Shown here piece after piece: positions 43,454-54,605 of a stretch of DNA of 64,000 nt; position 1 is the first letter of the stretch, and the number at the start of each line of letters is the position of its first letter. The stretch covers positions 40,327 through 104,326 of the forward strand of contig CAZQQU010000003.1 in the NCBI GenBank assembly GCA_964595625.1, given 5' to 3'. A model generated the notes under the pieces. That model worked only from the letters and a program-made list of their open reading frames with translations. It made no database searches and had not been told where the DNA came from. The DNA comes from an uncultured Flavobacteriaceae bacterium (GTDB lineage: Bacteria; Bacteroidota; Bacteroidia; Flavobacteriales; Flavobacteriaceae). Position numbers and translations under genes: made by a program.

Positions 43454-44218
43454 TTATAAGTCCAATTCCAATACAATGGGGCAATGATCGCTGTGTTTTG
43501 CCTCCGGCAAAATTAAAGCGCGTTTTAACCGATCTTGGAGGGATTGGGTTACCATGTGATAGTCTATACGCCACCCTTTGTTATTCGCCCGAGCATTGGC
43601 TCGATAACTCCACCAAGAATATTGGTGCGGGTGGGGATTAAATTGGCGGAAAGAATCTACAAACCCACTTTCTATATACCGACTTAACCAAGCTCTTTCC
43701 TCCGGTAAAAAACCCGATACCGTTGCGTTGCGTATGGGGTCATGTATATCGATGGGTTGATGACAGATGTTGTAGTCTCCAGAAACAATAAGATTGGGAT
43801 GTTCTCTTCGCAAGTCTTTGGTATATTCCAAAAAATCATCCATATACTGAAATTTGTGGCCTAAGCGAGCCAAATTAGTGCCACTAGGCAGATACAGACT
43901 CATCACTGAAAATCCATCAAAATCTACTCGAAGGTTTCTGCCTTCAAAATCCATATAATCGATACCGGTTCCAAATTCGACATGATTGGGCTTGGTTTTG
44001 GATAAAATTGCTACCCCGCTATAGCCTTTTTTCTGAGCACTAAACCAATAATTATAAACATATCCAGCATCTTCAAAAAGAGCCAAATCCAGTTGGGAAG
44101 TTTCGGCTTTAATTTCCTGCAAACAAATAACGTCGGGATCTGCATGCTTCAGCCATTCCATAAAGCCTTTGTTAATGGCTGCTCGAATTCCGTTGACGTT
44201 GTACGAAATAATTTTCAA
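43454..44218 (-). CDS. xth: Exodeoxyribonuclease III
   Basis: MKIISYNVNGIRA, CLQEIK, and the C-terminal SDHCPI motif. Confidence 0.9.
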   Translation of the reverse strand: MKIISYNVNGIRAAINKGFMEWLKHADPDVICLQEIKAETSQLDLALFEDAGYVYNYWFSAQKKGYSGVAILSKTKPNHVEFGTGIDYMDFEGRNLRVDFDGFSVMSLYLPSGTNLARLGHKFQYMDDFLEYTKDLRREHPNLIVSGDYNICHQPIDIHDPIRNATVSGFLPEERAWLSRYIESGFVDSFRQFNPHPHQYSWWSYRANARANNKGWRIDYHMVTQSLQDRLKRALILPEAKHSDHCPIVLELDL

Positions 44219-44351
44219 GGTGTATGATCGTTTTGAAATGAATGCTCGAAGTTACATTTTTATGGGTAAATTTTAAAATGTAAGCGGGTTATTTTTTAGA
44301 TTCGTGCCACTGTCTGAACGATTTTGACAAATTAACCGTTGTTGTTTACTG

Positions 44352-47300
44352 ATGAGACTTTTTACGTTCATATTGGTTGTTTTTAGCTGCTCCGTTATCT
44401 GGGCACAAAATACGCCTGACCCCCTTACTCGTACTATCTCCTTGGCAGTAAGCGACACGTTAATTGTGGACTCGGTAAGTGTAAGCCCTCATCGATTGCT
44501 AGTATATGATACCAAAGGGCAGCTCCTCCCACCCTCGGAATACGAGTTTGATGCTGCCAAAGCTACCCTATATCTTTCTGAAAACCTCCAGCAGACACTA
44601 GATAGTGTCACGGTACACTATGTAGCTTATCCTAGTTTTTTGACAAGAAAATATTCGCTTTTTGATGAAAAAATTATCGCGGATGGTACGGCTGTAGAAC
44701 AGGTGTACAAAATGTCTCAATCTACTCGAACCAACACTTTTACTCCATTTGACGGGCTAACGACCTACGGTAGTATTTCACGGGGTATTACCATCGGAAA
44801 TAACCAAAACACCGTGGTTACCTCCGAATTGGACTTACAAATCACCGGCAAGCTGAGTGATAAAGTAAGTATTCGTGCCTCGATTCAAGATGCTAATATA
44901 CCCATGCAAGAAGGAGGATATTCACAGAGTTTGGACGAGTTTGACCAAATTTTTGTAGAACTATTTACCGACGATTGGCACATACGAGCCGGCGATATTG
45001 ATTTGGTTAACAAATCTACTTTTTTCGGCAATTTCGAAAAAAAAGTTCAAGGTGTTTTGGTAGGGGCCAAAATACAGTCTGACCAGTCCGAAACTACGGT
45101 TTTTGCATCGGGAGCGGTGGTTAAAGGAGTGTTTAGCAAAACCTCTTTTAACGGGCAGGAAGGCAACCAAGGGCCCTATAAATTAGTTGGACCCGATGGC
45201 GAACTCTATGTGTTAATTATTTCGGGCAGTGAGCGGGTGTATGTAAACGGACTCCTATTAGAACACGGTGAAGATAAGGATTATGTAATCGATTACAATG
45301 CAGGTGAAATTCGGTTTAACCCTACTTTCCCCATCACTTCCGAAATGCGAATTTTGGTTGAATACCAATACACCGACCGGAAATATACTCGTTTTACTGG
45401 TTTTGGAGGTGGGCACTACCAAGAAGAAAAATTTGAAATCGGTGCCTATTACTATATCGAAAGTGATTCTAAAAACCAGCCCTTACAGCAAAATTTAACG
45501 GAAGCACAAGTTCAAATCTTAAAAAATGCAGGTGATAATTCGGAGTTAATGACGGCTCCATCCGCCGTATCGGATACCTATTCGGACAATAAAATTTTGT
45601 ACAAAAAAGAATTGTTTAACGGCCAGGAAATTTTTGTTTTTTCTAATAATCCCGAAGATGAGTTGTTTTTTGTTCGATTTAGCTATGTAGGTGAAAACCA
45701 AGGAAATTACATCGTTGCTGATCAAACTGCAATCAACCGAATTTATGAGTTTGTACCTCCCGTTAACGGTGTATTACAAGGAAATTACGAACCCATTGTA
45801 CGTCTTTTTGCTCCAACACGGCTACAATTAGGCGGAGTTCAAGCCACCTACAAACCCAATGATAAAAACCAACTGGGGGTAGAACTGGCCGTGAGTAATA
45901 ACGATCTGAATTTATTTTCGGAAATGGACAAAGAAGATGATACCGGTTTTGCCGGAAGAATTCAATGGAACCGCGAACTTTTCCAAATTGAAGGGGGAAG
46001 TAAGTTTAGTTTGATGAGCCAGTACAACTTTATTCACCGTGATTTTGTGTCTGTAGAACGTTATTATAATGTGGAATTTGAACGGGATTGGCATTTACCT
46101 GTCACTCAAGGTAATGTACAAGATATGCTAACCCACCAAAGCTTTTTATCCACCGCTCTACACTGGCAACATCCCCAAAAAGGATCTGCTTCCTATGAGT
46201 TCCAAAAATTAGACTTTACAGATTATTTTAGTGGAAATCGCCAAGTACTGCGGTCTCAACTTCAATTAAATAAGTTGACTTGGAATCTATCCACCAGTAT
46301 GTTGCACAACAACACGCCGGTATATAAAACTAACTTTTTTAGAATTTACAGCGGAGGAACCTACGATTTTGGTAAGGCTTGGGCTGGAATTCGTGTACAA
46401 GCGGAAGACAATGTCCAACGATTTAAATACACCGACAGTCTCTCCATTTTAAGTCAGCGTTACCAACAATACGAGACTTTTGTTGGGGTCGGCGACAGCA
46501 CCCAGGTTTTTGTAGAAGGTGGATATCGTTACCGAACCAACGATAGTTTGCGTAACAACCAATTACAGCGGGTCACCCAATCTCACACTTGGTATATCAA
46601 ATCTCAGCTATTAAAAACCGAAACTTCCCAGCTGTCTGTTTATGCCAATTACCGAAATTTACGGTATCTGTATGACGACCGCCCCAACGACCAAAGTATC
46701 AATGGCCGCATTTTATACAACCAAAGTTTTTTAAACCGAGCCATTCAGTGGAATACTTCTTTAGAAACCAACAGCGGGGTGATGCCTCAACAAGAATACA
46801 CTTTCGTGGAAGTAGAACCGGGCCAAGGTACCCATACTTGGATCGATTATAACGGAAATGGCATACAGGAGTTAGAAGAATTTGAAATTGCCCCTTTCCC
46901 GGACGAAGCTCGCTATATCAAAGTGTTGTTGCCCAACCAGATTTTTATTAAAATACACAACAACAAACTAGGACAAACCTTAATTCTCAATCCGACTCAG
47001 TATTTTTTAAACCGAGAAGGCGGTAGGCTCTGGTCTAAATTTTACAACCAAACCTCCTTTTTAATCGATCGTAAAACCCGAAAAGACGGCAACAAAATTG
47101 ACCTCAATCCTTTTAATTCGGATCCGGAAAATCAAATGGGACTGACTCTGAGTTTTAGAAATTCATTGTTTTTTAACAGGGGTAAACAACATTTTACCAC
47201 CGGTTATAGTTATATCGTCACCGATACGGAACATTTATTTACAGCGGGGAGACAAAAAAACTCACTCCGTGGACACCAGCTACATTTTACACACAAATTT

Positions 47301-47786
47301 TGGGAAAGCTGGTTGTTTAATGCAAACACCGCCTATAACCAAACTCAATTGGAATCTGAAAATTATGAGTCGCGAAACTATATAATCGACACCTATCAAT
47401 TGGAGCCCAAAATATCGTATCTGTTTTCGGATAATGCCCGTTTATCACTCTTGTATGAGTGGTCTCAAAAAGAAAATACCACGGGAGATCAAGAACAATT
47501 ACTACAACAAACTCTCGGGTTGCAGTTATCTTTTCACAACGCAGAAAAATACGCTATTAATGGTGATTTTAACTATATTTCCAACGATTTTACTGGGAAC
47601 CCTTTCTCTCCGGTTGCTTTTCAGATGTTAGACGGATTACAACCTGGTGAAAACTATACTTGGACATTACTTTTTCAGCGTAAAATCACTAACTACTTAG
47701 ACGTGAACTTGTCTTATTTTGGTAGAAAAAGTGAAACTTCTAAAGCCATACATACTGGAAGTGTACAGTTAAAAGCATATTTCTAA
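44352..47786 (+). CDS. Large secreted protein, probable outer-membrane beta-barrel, function unknown
   Basis: Signal peptide (FSCSVIWAQ). The 1144-aa sequence is rich in alternating aromatic/polar beta-strand patterns, and the C-terminus is ...VQLKAYF. Confidence 0.45.
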   Translation: MRLFTFILVVFSCSVIWAQNTPDPLTRTISLAVSDTLIVDSVSVSPHRLLVYDTKGQLLPPSEYEFDAAKATLYLSENLQQTLDSVTVHYVAYPSFLTRKYSLFDEKIIADGTAVEQVYKMSQSTRTNTFTPFDGLTTYGSISRGITIGNNQNTVVTSELDLQITGKLSDKVSIRASIQDANIPMQEGGYSQSLDEFDQIFVELFTDDWHIRAGDIDLVNKSTFFGNFEKKVQGVLVGAKIQSDQSETTVFASGAVVKGVFSKTSFNGQEGNQGPYKLVGPDGELYVLIISGSERVYVNGLLLEHGEDKDYVIDYNAGEIRFNPTFPITSEMRILVEYQYTDRKYTRFTGFGGGHYQEEKFEIGAYYYIESDSKNQPLQQNLTEAQVQILKNAGDNSELMTAPSAVSDTYSDNKILYKKELFNGQEIFVFSNNPEDELFFVRFSYVGENQGNYIVADQTAINRIYEFVPPVNGVLQGNYEPIVRLFAPTRLQLGGVQATYKPNDKNQLGVELAVSNNDLNLFSEMDKEDDTGFAGRIQWNRELFQIEGGSKFSLMSQYNFIHRDFVSVERYYNVEFERDWHLPVTQGNVQDMLTHQSFLSTALHWQHPQKGSASYEFQKLDFTDYFSGNRQVLRSQLQLNKLTWNLSTSMLHNNTPVYKTNFFRIYSGGTYDFGKAWAGIRVQAEDNVQRFKYTDSLSILSQRYQQYETFVGVGDSTQVFVEGGYRYRTNDSLRNNQLQRVTQSHTWYIKSQLLKTETSQLSVYANYRNLRYLYDDRPNDQSINGRILYNQSFLNRAIQWNTSLETNSGVMPQQEYTFVEVEPGQGTHTWIDYNGNGIQELEEFEIAPFPDEARYIKVLLPNQIFIKIHNNKLGQTLILNPTQYFLNREGGRLWSKFYNQTSFLIDRKTRKDGNKIDLNPFNSDPENQMGLTLSFRNSLFFNRGKQHFTTGYSYIVTDTEHLFTAGRQKNSLRGHQLHFTHKFWESWLFNANTAYNQTQLESENYESRNYIIDTYQLEPKISYLFSDNARLSLLYEWSQKENTTGDQEQLLQQTLGLQLSFHNAEKYAINGDFNYISNDFTGNPFSPVAFQMLDGLQPGENYTWTLLFQRKITNYLDVNLSYFGRKSETSKAIHTGSVQLKAYF

Positions 47787-47873
47787 AAGGTCGAAATCCC
47801 AATGCGAAATACCTCGTAAAAAGTTTCTCAAGCTAAACGCATCACTTTGTGTATAGTATTTTCAATAAATAAA

Positions 47874-47909
47874 AAAACCGCAATCCTTAAAAATCAGAAT
47901 TGCGGTTTT
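47874..47909. terminator. Bidirectional terminator between convergent genes
   Basis: 11-bp stem AAAACCGCAAT / ATTGCGGTTTT, flanked by an A-run and a T-run. Confidence 0.6.
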
Positions 47910-47927
47910 CCTATGATGAAATTCTAA

Positions 47928-49535
47928 TTATTTAATAATCAATTTCTTGGTTACTATATTTCCGGTATCGTTATCTTTTATTTTAATAAAATAAATACCC
48001 GCCTGAACGGAAGAAAAATCTAGGGTCTGAGTCGCTCCAACCGCTCCGGACACAACGAGATTTCCGGTAACGGAAAACAATTCATACGATAAGGGGGCAG
48101 TGACTCCACTAATATTAAGAATACCTTCGGTAGGGTTGGGATATATAATTAAAGATATCGCCGTATAATCTTCAACCGTGTTGGTGGGGCCTCCGATTAA
48201 TGGATCAAGGGTAGTTTGGCCTGTATTTTCTGGGTCGAGCCATTCCCGAAGGTGTTGTGACTGAGTTGCCCCGGCATCCCACGAAATAGCAAAACGGCCG
48301 TATTCATCATATCCCCCATTATTTTGGGTACCTGAGCAAGCTGCTGAACCTCTCCATAACTGACCCGTAATTCTACCGTTATGATCAAATAAAGCGGATC
48401 CTGATGAGCCTCCTTCCGTAACTCCCAATTCCCAATTATGGATTCTCCAAACATTTCCATTACTGTTCATGGCAGTAGGTGTATTATTATCCACACAGAC
48501 TTTCATAATATCCCCACTAGGATGGTGAATTCCAAAGGATTTGATGGAAGGCACATCGGTTCTGTCCCATCCGGCCCAGGTCAACTGCCAATCTTCTGGA
48601 ACAGTTTGATTTAATTCAACCAAACAGAAGTCTGAATTGGAACGCATCGCCCGAAGTGTCGAACCACTCATAACGTGGTTCATGGGACCGTTGGGGCTAT
48701 TTTGGGTGGTAGCACATACCGGCTCGGGACTGATCCATTTAAATCGGAACGACCAGGTAGTGGGATTACCGGTATAGCAGTGATAAGCCGTTAAGAAATA
48801 AGGGGTCCCGTCTTGTGAGGTGTTATTTACCAAAGAACCAGTACACATATAGCCTCCCATAAGCATCCATGCAACACTAAATTTGTTTACATCTTTATAA
48901 CCTTCTAAGGTTGGATCAATTGGGCAGTCTACATCATGATTACAATTCCCTGAATCGTTTAAACCTCTTTCGCCGGCAAATGTATTAATAGATCGATAGC
49001 CATGTACTGCTTTTCCTATTTGTAAAATACCTTGTCCGGCAACAGCTGCAGGTTCAAAATATTCTATCCATACATCATCGCCTTCTACAAACCAAGTACC
49101 CAACATACGCTCGCTATTATTTTCGAGATGGGTATAGGCTCCTAACTGGCTTAAACGATCGTGTCGATATAAATAAATAGTTGCACCGGGTGGTAAATAA
49201 AAATCTTCAAAAATGAAGTTTAATGAAGTGGCTCCCTCAGAATAAAATCGGATTCTCCAAATCCGGTCGCCATTCTCTAAAACCGTCCAATGACCTGCAT
49301 TTTCGAGAGAATAATCAACCACAATTTCTTGTCCAAAACGATAGGGTCGTTCGCCCGTTTTATCATATTTAGCATCTTCCAAGAGCAAACTTTCCACATC
49401 TACTGCGGGTAGCACAATGGGATCAATTTCTGAGGCCTGTTGCATCAACCAACTCAAAGGAGCTCCTTGGTTAGTCACCTGAGCAAACAGGGCTGTACAA
49501 CTGCACAAAAGGGCAATAAAGATTAGCTTTTTCAT
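47928..49535 (-). CDS. Secreted S1-family (trypsin/lysyl-endopeptidase-like) serine protease with T9SS C-terminal domain
   Basis: Signal peptide, His context LTAYHC and Ser context GGSSGS. The C-terminal sorting domain runs IYPNPTEG...GIYFIKI...KKLIIK. Confidence 0.7.
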   Translation of the reverse strand: MKKLIFIALLCSCTALFAQVTNQGAPLSWLMQQASEIDPIVLPAVDVESLLLEDAKYDKTGERPYRFGQEIVVDYSLENAGHWTVLENGDRIWRIRFYSEGATSLNFIFEDFYLPPGATIYLYRHDRLSQLGAYTHLENNSERMLGTWFVEGDDVWIEYFEPAAVAGQGILQIGKAVHGYRSINTFAGERGLNDSGNCNHDVDCPIDPTLEGYKDVNKFSVAWMLMGGYMCTGSLVNNTSQDGTPYFLTAYHCYTGNPTTWSFRFKWISPEPVCATTQNSPNGPMNHVMSGSTLRAMRSNSDFCLVELNQTVPEDWQLTWAGWDRTDVPSIKSFGIHHPSGDIMKVCVDNNTPTAMNSNGNVWRIHNWELGVTEGGSSGSALFDHNGRITGQLWRGSAACSGTQNNGGYDEYGRFAISWDAGATQSQHLREWLDPENTGQTTLDPLIGGPTNTVEDYTAISLIIYPNPTEGILNISGVTAPLSYELFSVTGNLVVSGAVGATQTLDFSSVQAGIYFIKIKDNDTGNIVTKKLIIK

Positions 49536-49590
49536 ATATCAATTTTTAGTGAACCCAAACGGATTTGAATTAAAATTTGTTTTCTAAAAA

Positions 49591-49622
49591 TCCTCAGGCG
49601 TAGCAATTGCTACGCCTGAGGA
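49591..49622 (-). terminator. Perfect 14-bp stem / 4-nt loop terminator after the S8 protease gene
   Basis: TCCTCAGGCGTAGC AATT GCTACGCCTGAGGA, followed on the minus strand by ATTTTT. Confidence 0.65.
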
Positions 49623-49626
49623 AATT

Positions 49627-51618
49627 TTATTGAACTATTATTTTCTTAGTAGATCCATGACTAGAAGTGCCTACCCGCACATAATAAACTCCGGAAGCAT
49701 GATAATTCATATTGAGTTTGTACTGATACGAACCGTCGCTACTCGCCTCTAACAGGTGTTGTGCAACAATTTGTCCTAATGTATTATACACTTTGAGATA
49801 AATATTTTCATCAATCGGTTCGTAGGTGGTAAATAACACATCAAATAAGTTGTTTTCAAGAGTAACAACAACAAACTCCGTATTATCTAACGGAATATCA
49901 TTAAAACTAAGCGTGGTATTTGTAACCTCAACAGATTTCTCATTATTGGAGACAACCTCATCTCCTGCTAAGTTAGTTCCCGCTACGAGAGTGTAGGTAT
50001 GTTGTGGGGTACTAAGATCGGCTAAGGTGGTAAAAGTATAAGTAGCTTCCTCCATAGAGGCAAGTGTCCCGGTAAAAACTTCGGTTACATTAGCACCTCC
50101 ATCAATATTATAATAAACCGGTATGTTTGATTGCGTATTAGCTCCATAATTACGAACAGTAATAGTAATTGCCTCCGCATTTGTCAATTCTCCTGATACC
50201 GGAGCTATAAAGTTTTTCACACCTACATCGGTATTAGCTAAAACACACACCGACTCCATCAATAAGTCGATCGTAGATTTCGCATTAATTCGGCCCCCGT
50301 ATTTAACTCTTCCTTCCAGGTGAGCAGTTACATCTACTCCGTTAAAAACTGCATCCCGAACAGCTTCAGCTGCTGCTTGGGGGTCTGTCATTACTAAATC
50401 CATAAAGCTTTGACAAGGAATAGAATACATGAGTCCGATTAGTCCGGCGGTATATGGGCTAGCAAAAGAAGTGCCCGAAGTACTGCCATAAGAACCACTC
50501 CCACTGGTAGTGTAGATATTGGATCCAGGAGCTGCTACATCTACATGGGTTAAACCATAACCAGTAAAACTAGTATCATTGGAGTTGGTAGCGGTAACTG
50601 ATACCATAAATTCACTGGGACAGGTGGTAGGCATATCGCCAAAAACGTCCACATTAGCATTGTTGTTGGTGGTTGCCCCACAATTTAAAATTCCCTCTTG
50701 ACCTAAGGTATCATAAACACCACACCAGATGGGATAATCATCGGGGTTACCGTTATCTATACCCCAAGAAGCATTCGTTGCCACTACAAAGGCTCCTTCG
50801 GCTCCATTCGAATCATTCCACATTTGGCGCATTTTTAAAGGATACTCATACGCTTTAAAAATCTGAGCTTGATTAAAAGGCTGATTATAACCGGCCACAA
50901 CCATCATTTTTACATCCCAGTTTGCTCCTACAACGCCCAATTCATTATTTCCTTTGGCACCTATCATACCGGCCACTTGAGTACCATGAGCACCGGTACC
51001 GATTTGATCGTTATTTGAAGCCACATTCCAACCATTATAATCATCTATATAGCCATTACCATCGTCGTCAATTCCATTGTTGGGAATTTCCTCTTCGTTT
51101 TTCCAATGATTGGGAGATAGATCCGCATGTCCCATCACATTAGCACTTTCAATAATACACACAACAATATCATGGTCATTGGCAGTAGTACCTCCGGTCG
51201 TTATATCCCATGCCTCTGGTAATTGGATTTTGGGATGTTGCCATTGGTTACTGTAAAGTGGATCATTAGGCACCTCACGGAAATATACCCAGGTATTTTC
51301 TTGAGCCAGATTTACTTGTGCTAATTCATGTACTTGATTAAGCACTCTATTCACGTTGGTTACCGTATCGTCAAAAGAAAACAACCAAATATTCATGGTG
51401 GGAGAAAGTAGTTCCACAATTTGAAACCCAATATTTTGCGGCATCAATCGCACAATTTCTTCTCCTGAAACTCCGGGGTACATTTGTACAATAACTTGAT
51501 CCGGAATCAGTATATCTTCATACGAGGTGGGTTGTTTTTCATCAGATTGTGCTTGTATTCCAAAAGCAACAAACCAACCTAAGAAAACACAAAAAATAAT
51601 TTCTTTTTTCATTTTCAA
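49627..51618 (-). CDS. Secreted subtilisin-like S8 protease with T9SS C-terminal domain
   Basis: Catalytic contexts for Asp (VCIIES), His (HGTQVAGMIGA) and Ser (GTSFASPYTAG). The C-terminus is a beta-sandwich sorting-type tail ...GVYYVRV...KKIIVQ. Confidence 0.8.
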   Translation of the reverse strand: MKMKKEIIFCVFLGWFVAFGIQAQSDEKQPTSYEDILIPDQVIVQMYPGVSGEEIVRLMPQNIGFQIVELLSPTMNIWLFSFDDTVTNVNRVLNQVHELAQVNLAQENTWVYFREVPNDPLYSNQWQHPKIQLPEAWDITTGGTTANDHDIVVCIIESANVMGHADLSPNHWKNEEEIPNNGIDDDGNGYIDDYNGWNVASNNDQIGTGAHGTQVAGMIGAKGNNELGVVGANWDVKMMVVAGYNQPFNQAQIFKAYEYPLKMRQMWNDSNGAEGAFVVATNASWGIDNGNPDDYPIWCGVYDTLGQEGILNCGATTNNNANVDVFGDMPTTCPSEFMVSVTATNSNDTSFTGYGLTHVDVAAPGSNIYTTSGSGSYGSTSGTSFASPYTAGLIGLMYSIPCQSFMDLVMTDPQAAAEAVRDAVFNGVDVTAHLEGRVKYGGRINAKSTIDLLMESVCVLANTDVGVKNFIAPVSGELTNAEAITITVRNYGANTQSNIPVYYNIDGGANVTEVFTGTLASMEEATYTFTTLADLSTPQHTYTLVAGTNLAGDEVVSNNEKSVEVTNTTLSFNDIPLDNTEFVVVTLENNLFDVLFTTYEPIDENIYLKVYNTLGQIVAQHLLEASSDGSYQYKLNMNYHASGVYYVRVGTSSHGSTKKIIVQ

Positions 51619-51702
51619 TTAGTTTTAGCTTGGAAAGGTAAGGAAAAAAAATTCTCTTCCATTTCTTAGGAAGTTAAAAAACAACCTGTTAAAGGATTTT
51701 TT

Positions 51703-52461
51703 TTATCCTTTTAAACTAGCGCTAAGATATTCACGATTCATACGGGCGATATTTTCCAAAGAGATTTCTTTTGGACATTCAATCTCACAGGCTCCCGTAT
51801 TGGAGCAATTACCAAAACCTTCCTCATCCATTTGACGCACCATGTTAAGCACTCGTTGAGTAGCCTCTACTCTTCCTTGAGGTAACAGGGCAAGCTGAGA
51901 GACTTTGGCAGAAACAAATAACATGGCCGAGCTGTTTTTACAGGCAGCCACACAAGCTCCACAACCGATACAGGCCGCTGCTTCAAAAGCTTTATCAGCA
52001 TCCTGTTTAGGAATTGGTATAGCATTGGCATCGATGGTATTTCCAGAAGTGTTTACAGAAATAAATCCGCCAGCTTGTTGAATTCTTTCAAATGAGCTTC
52101 TATCTACGACCAAATCTTTAATCACCGGAAAAGCATGGGCGCGCCATGGTTCGACATAGATGGTATCTCCGTTTTTAAAAGCACGCATATGGAGTTGGCA
52201 AGTGGTAATACCGCGATCAGGACCATGAGGTCGACCATTGATATATAGAGAACACATACCACAGATACCTTCCCGGCAATCGTGATCAAAAGCCACCGGC
52301 TCCTGACCAGAAGATACTAGCTGTTCGTTTAGCTGGTCTAACATTTCCAAAAACGAACTGTCAGTTGACACGTTCTCCAGAGCATATGACTCCATTTTTC
52401 CGGGTGTGGATGCGTTTTTTTGGCGCCAGATTTTTAGGGTGATATTGATCGTTTTACTCAT
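51703..52461 (-). CDS. sdhB: Succinate dehydrogenase / fumarate reductase iron-sulfur subunit
   Basis: 2Fe-2S motif CREGICGMC, then [11 protein letters not shown] and [12 protein letters not shown] cluster motifs. Confidence 0.9.
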   Translation of the reverse strand: MSKTINITLKIWRQKNASTPGKMESYALENVSTDSSFLEMLDQLNEQLVSSGQEPVAFDHDCREGICGMCSLYINGRPHGPDRGITTCQLHMRAFKNGDTIYVEPWRAHAFPVIKDLVVDRSSFERIQQAGGFISVNTSGNTIDANAIPIPKQDADKAFEAAACIGCGACVAACKNSSAMLFVSAKVSQLALLPQGRVEATQRVLNMVRQMDEEGFGNCSNTGACEIECPKEISLENIARMNREYLSASLKG

Positions 52462-52586
52462 AGTAACAAGTTAATAATGTATAGTTTATGAAATAATGGA
52501 CAGGCTAAGCCCTCTCTAGTCTATATTTCATCGCTATGTTAGTATTTTTTGCTTCTTTCGATTAGTTGGAGCAGCCATCAAGATTA

Positions 52587-54599
52587 CTATTTATAATTTC
52601 TGGCTGCAATTTTTATTTCTTCATATTCTAATACTTCCTTGTGGAGAATTTCTCTACTAATATCTTCGCCTTGATACTCCCAAGCTCCTACAAACTTAAA
52701 GTTTTTGTCGTCTCTAAGTGTTTCTCCTTCTTCGTCTTGATATTCTTCTCTAAAATGACCTCCACAGGATTCTTTTCGCTGTAAAGCGTCCATGGCCATC
52801 AATTGACCTAATTCCATAAAATCAGCAACACGTAAGGCTTTTTCCAGCTCTTGATTAAAATCGTTGGCAGAGCCGGGCACATAAACATTTTGGTAAAACT
52901 CTTGCCGCAATTGTGCTATTTCTTCAATAGCCTCTTGCAAGCCTTTTTCATTGCGTGCCATCCCTACTTTATTCCACATGATGTGGCCCAAGCGTTTGTG
53001 AAAAGAATCTACAGATTGGGTCCCTTTATTGTTTATAAATTTATTAATTCGCTCCTCCACACTTTTTTCGGCCTCCACAAACTCGTGGGTTTCGGTCGAT
53101 ATTTTTCCGGTACGGATTTCGTCTGCCAAATAATTAGAAACCGTATAAGGCAATACAAAATAACCGTCTGCCAGACCTTGCATCAAGGCAGAGGCTCCTA
53201 AACGATTGGCGCCATGATCTGAAAAATTAGCTTCCCCGGCCACAAAACAACCCGGTATGGTACTCATTAAATCGTAATCTACCCAGATTCCTCCCATGGT
53301 ATAATGCACTGCTGGATAAATCTTCATCGGTGTTTCATAAGGATTTTCATCGGTAATTTTTTGGTACATGGTGAACAGGTTGCCGTATTTTTCTTCCAAC
53401 CATTTTTTACCTAACTCAATTATTTTTTCTTGAGACGGATTATGATCTCCTTGTGCATAGGCGGTTTGTTTTCCTTTAGCAATAATTTCTGAAGAGAAAT
53501 CCAGATAAACCCCTTCGTTGGTATCGTTTGCAACTATCCCATAACCGGCATCACAGCGTTCTTTAGCGGCGCGTGAAGCAACATCACGGGGCACTAAGTT
53601 TCCAAAAGCAGGATACCTTCTTTCTAGGTAATAATCTCGATCTTCTTCTTTAATATCGGTCGGTTTGAGCTTTCCTGCCCGAATGGCTTCGGCATCAGCT
53701 TTATTTTTGGGCACCCAAATTCTTCCTGAATTCCGCAGCGATTCTGACATCAAGGTTAATTTGGACTGATTACTTCCTTGAACCGGAATACAAGTAGGAT
53801 GAATTTGTACGTAACAAGGATTCGCAAAATAAGCTCCTTTTTTATGCACCCTCCAAGAGGCCGTCACATTACTTCCCATAGCATTGGTGGACAGATAATA
53901 CACGTTGCCATAACCTCCGGATGCAATAATCACAGCGTGTGCCGAATGTCGCTCCAAAGCACCAGTAATTAAATTTCGAGCGATGATACCTCGGGCTTTC
54001 CCGTCCACCACTACTAACTCTAACATTTCATGCCGGTTGAACATTTGGACACGTCCCAAACCGATTTGTCGAGATAAAGCCGAATAGGCTCCTAAAAGCA
54101 ACTGTTGTCCGGTCTGTCCGGCCGCATAGAAAGTACGCTGTACCTGAACTCCTCCAAACGATCGGTTGTCGAGCATACCACCATATTCGCGAGCGAAGGG
54201 AACCCCTTGAGCGACACATTGGTCTATAATATTTCCAGATACTTCGGCTAAACGATGAACATTCGCCTCTCGAGCCCGATAATCACCTCCTTTAATGGTA
54301 TCGTAAAACAAGCGATAAATACTGTCGCCGTCGTTTTGATAATTTTTTGCGGCATTTATACCTCCTTGCGCTGCAATCGAGTGGGCCCGTCGGGGCGAAT
54401 CTTGAAAACAAAAGGCCTTCACATTATAGCCCATTTCGCCTAAGGACGCTGCCGCCGAAGCTCCTGCCAAACCGGTTCCTACAACAATAATGTCAATTTT
54501 AGGCCGATTGTTGGGCGCCACTAATTTCAATTGGTTTTTATAATTGGTCCATTTGGAAGCCAACGGTCCTTGAGGTATCTTGGAATTTAATTTTGTCAT
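52587..54599 (-). CDS. sdhA: Succinate dehydrogenase / fumarate reductase flavoprotein subunit
   Basis: FAD fold [12 protein letters not shown], the [11 protein letters not shown] histidyl-FAD region, and HYTMGG. Confidence 0.9.
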   Translation of the reverse strand: MTKLNSKIPQGPLASKWTNYKNQLKLVAPNNRPKIDIIVVGTGLAGASAAASLGEMGYNVKAFCFQDSPRRAHSIAAQGGINAAKNYQNDGDSIYRLFYDTIKGGDYRAREANVHRLAEVSGNIIDQCVAQGVPFAREYGGMLDNRSFGGVQVQRTFYAAGQTGQQLLLGAYSALSRQIGLGRVQMFNRHEMLELVVVDGKARGIIARNLITGALERHSAHAVIIASGGYGNVYYLSTNAMGSNVTASWRVHKKGAYFANPCYVQIHPTCIPVQGSNQSKLTLMSESLRNSGRIWVPKNKADAEAIRAGKLKPTDIKEEDRDYYLERRYPAFGNLVPRDVASRAAKERCDAGYGIVANDTNEGVYLDFSSEIIAKGKQTAYAQGDHNPSQEKIIELGKKWLEEKYGNLFTMYQKITDENPYETPMKIYPAVHYTMGGIWVDYDLMSTIPGCFVAGEANFSDHGANRLGASALMQGLADGYFVLPYTVSNYLADEIRTGKISTETHEFVEAEKSVEERINKFINNKGTQSVDSFHKRLGHIMWNKVGMARNEKGLQEAIEEIAQLRQEFYQNVYVPGSANDFNQELEKALRVADFMELGQLMAMDALQRKESCGGHFREEYQDEEGETLRDDKNFKFVGAWEYQGEDISREILHKEVLEYEEIKIAARNYK

Positions 54600-54605
54600 A
54601 TCGTA

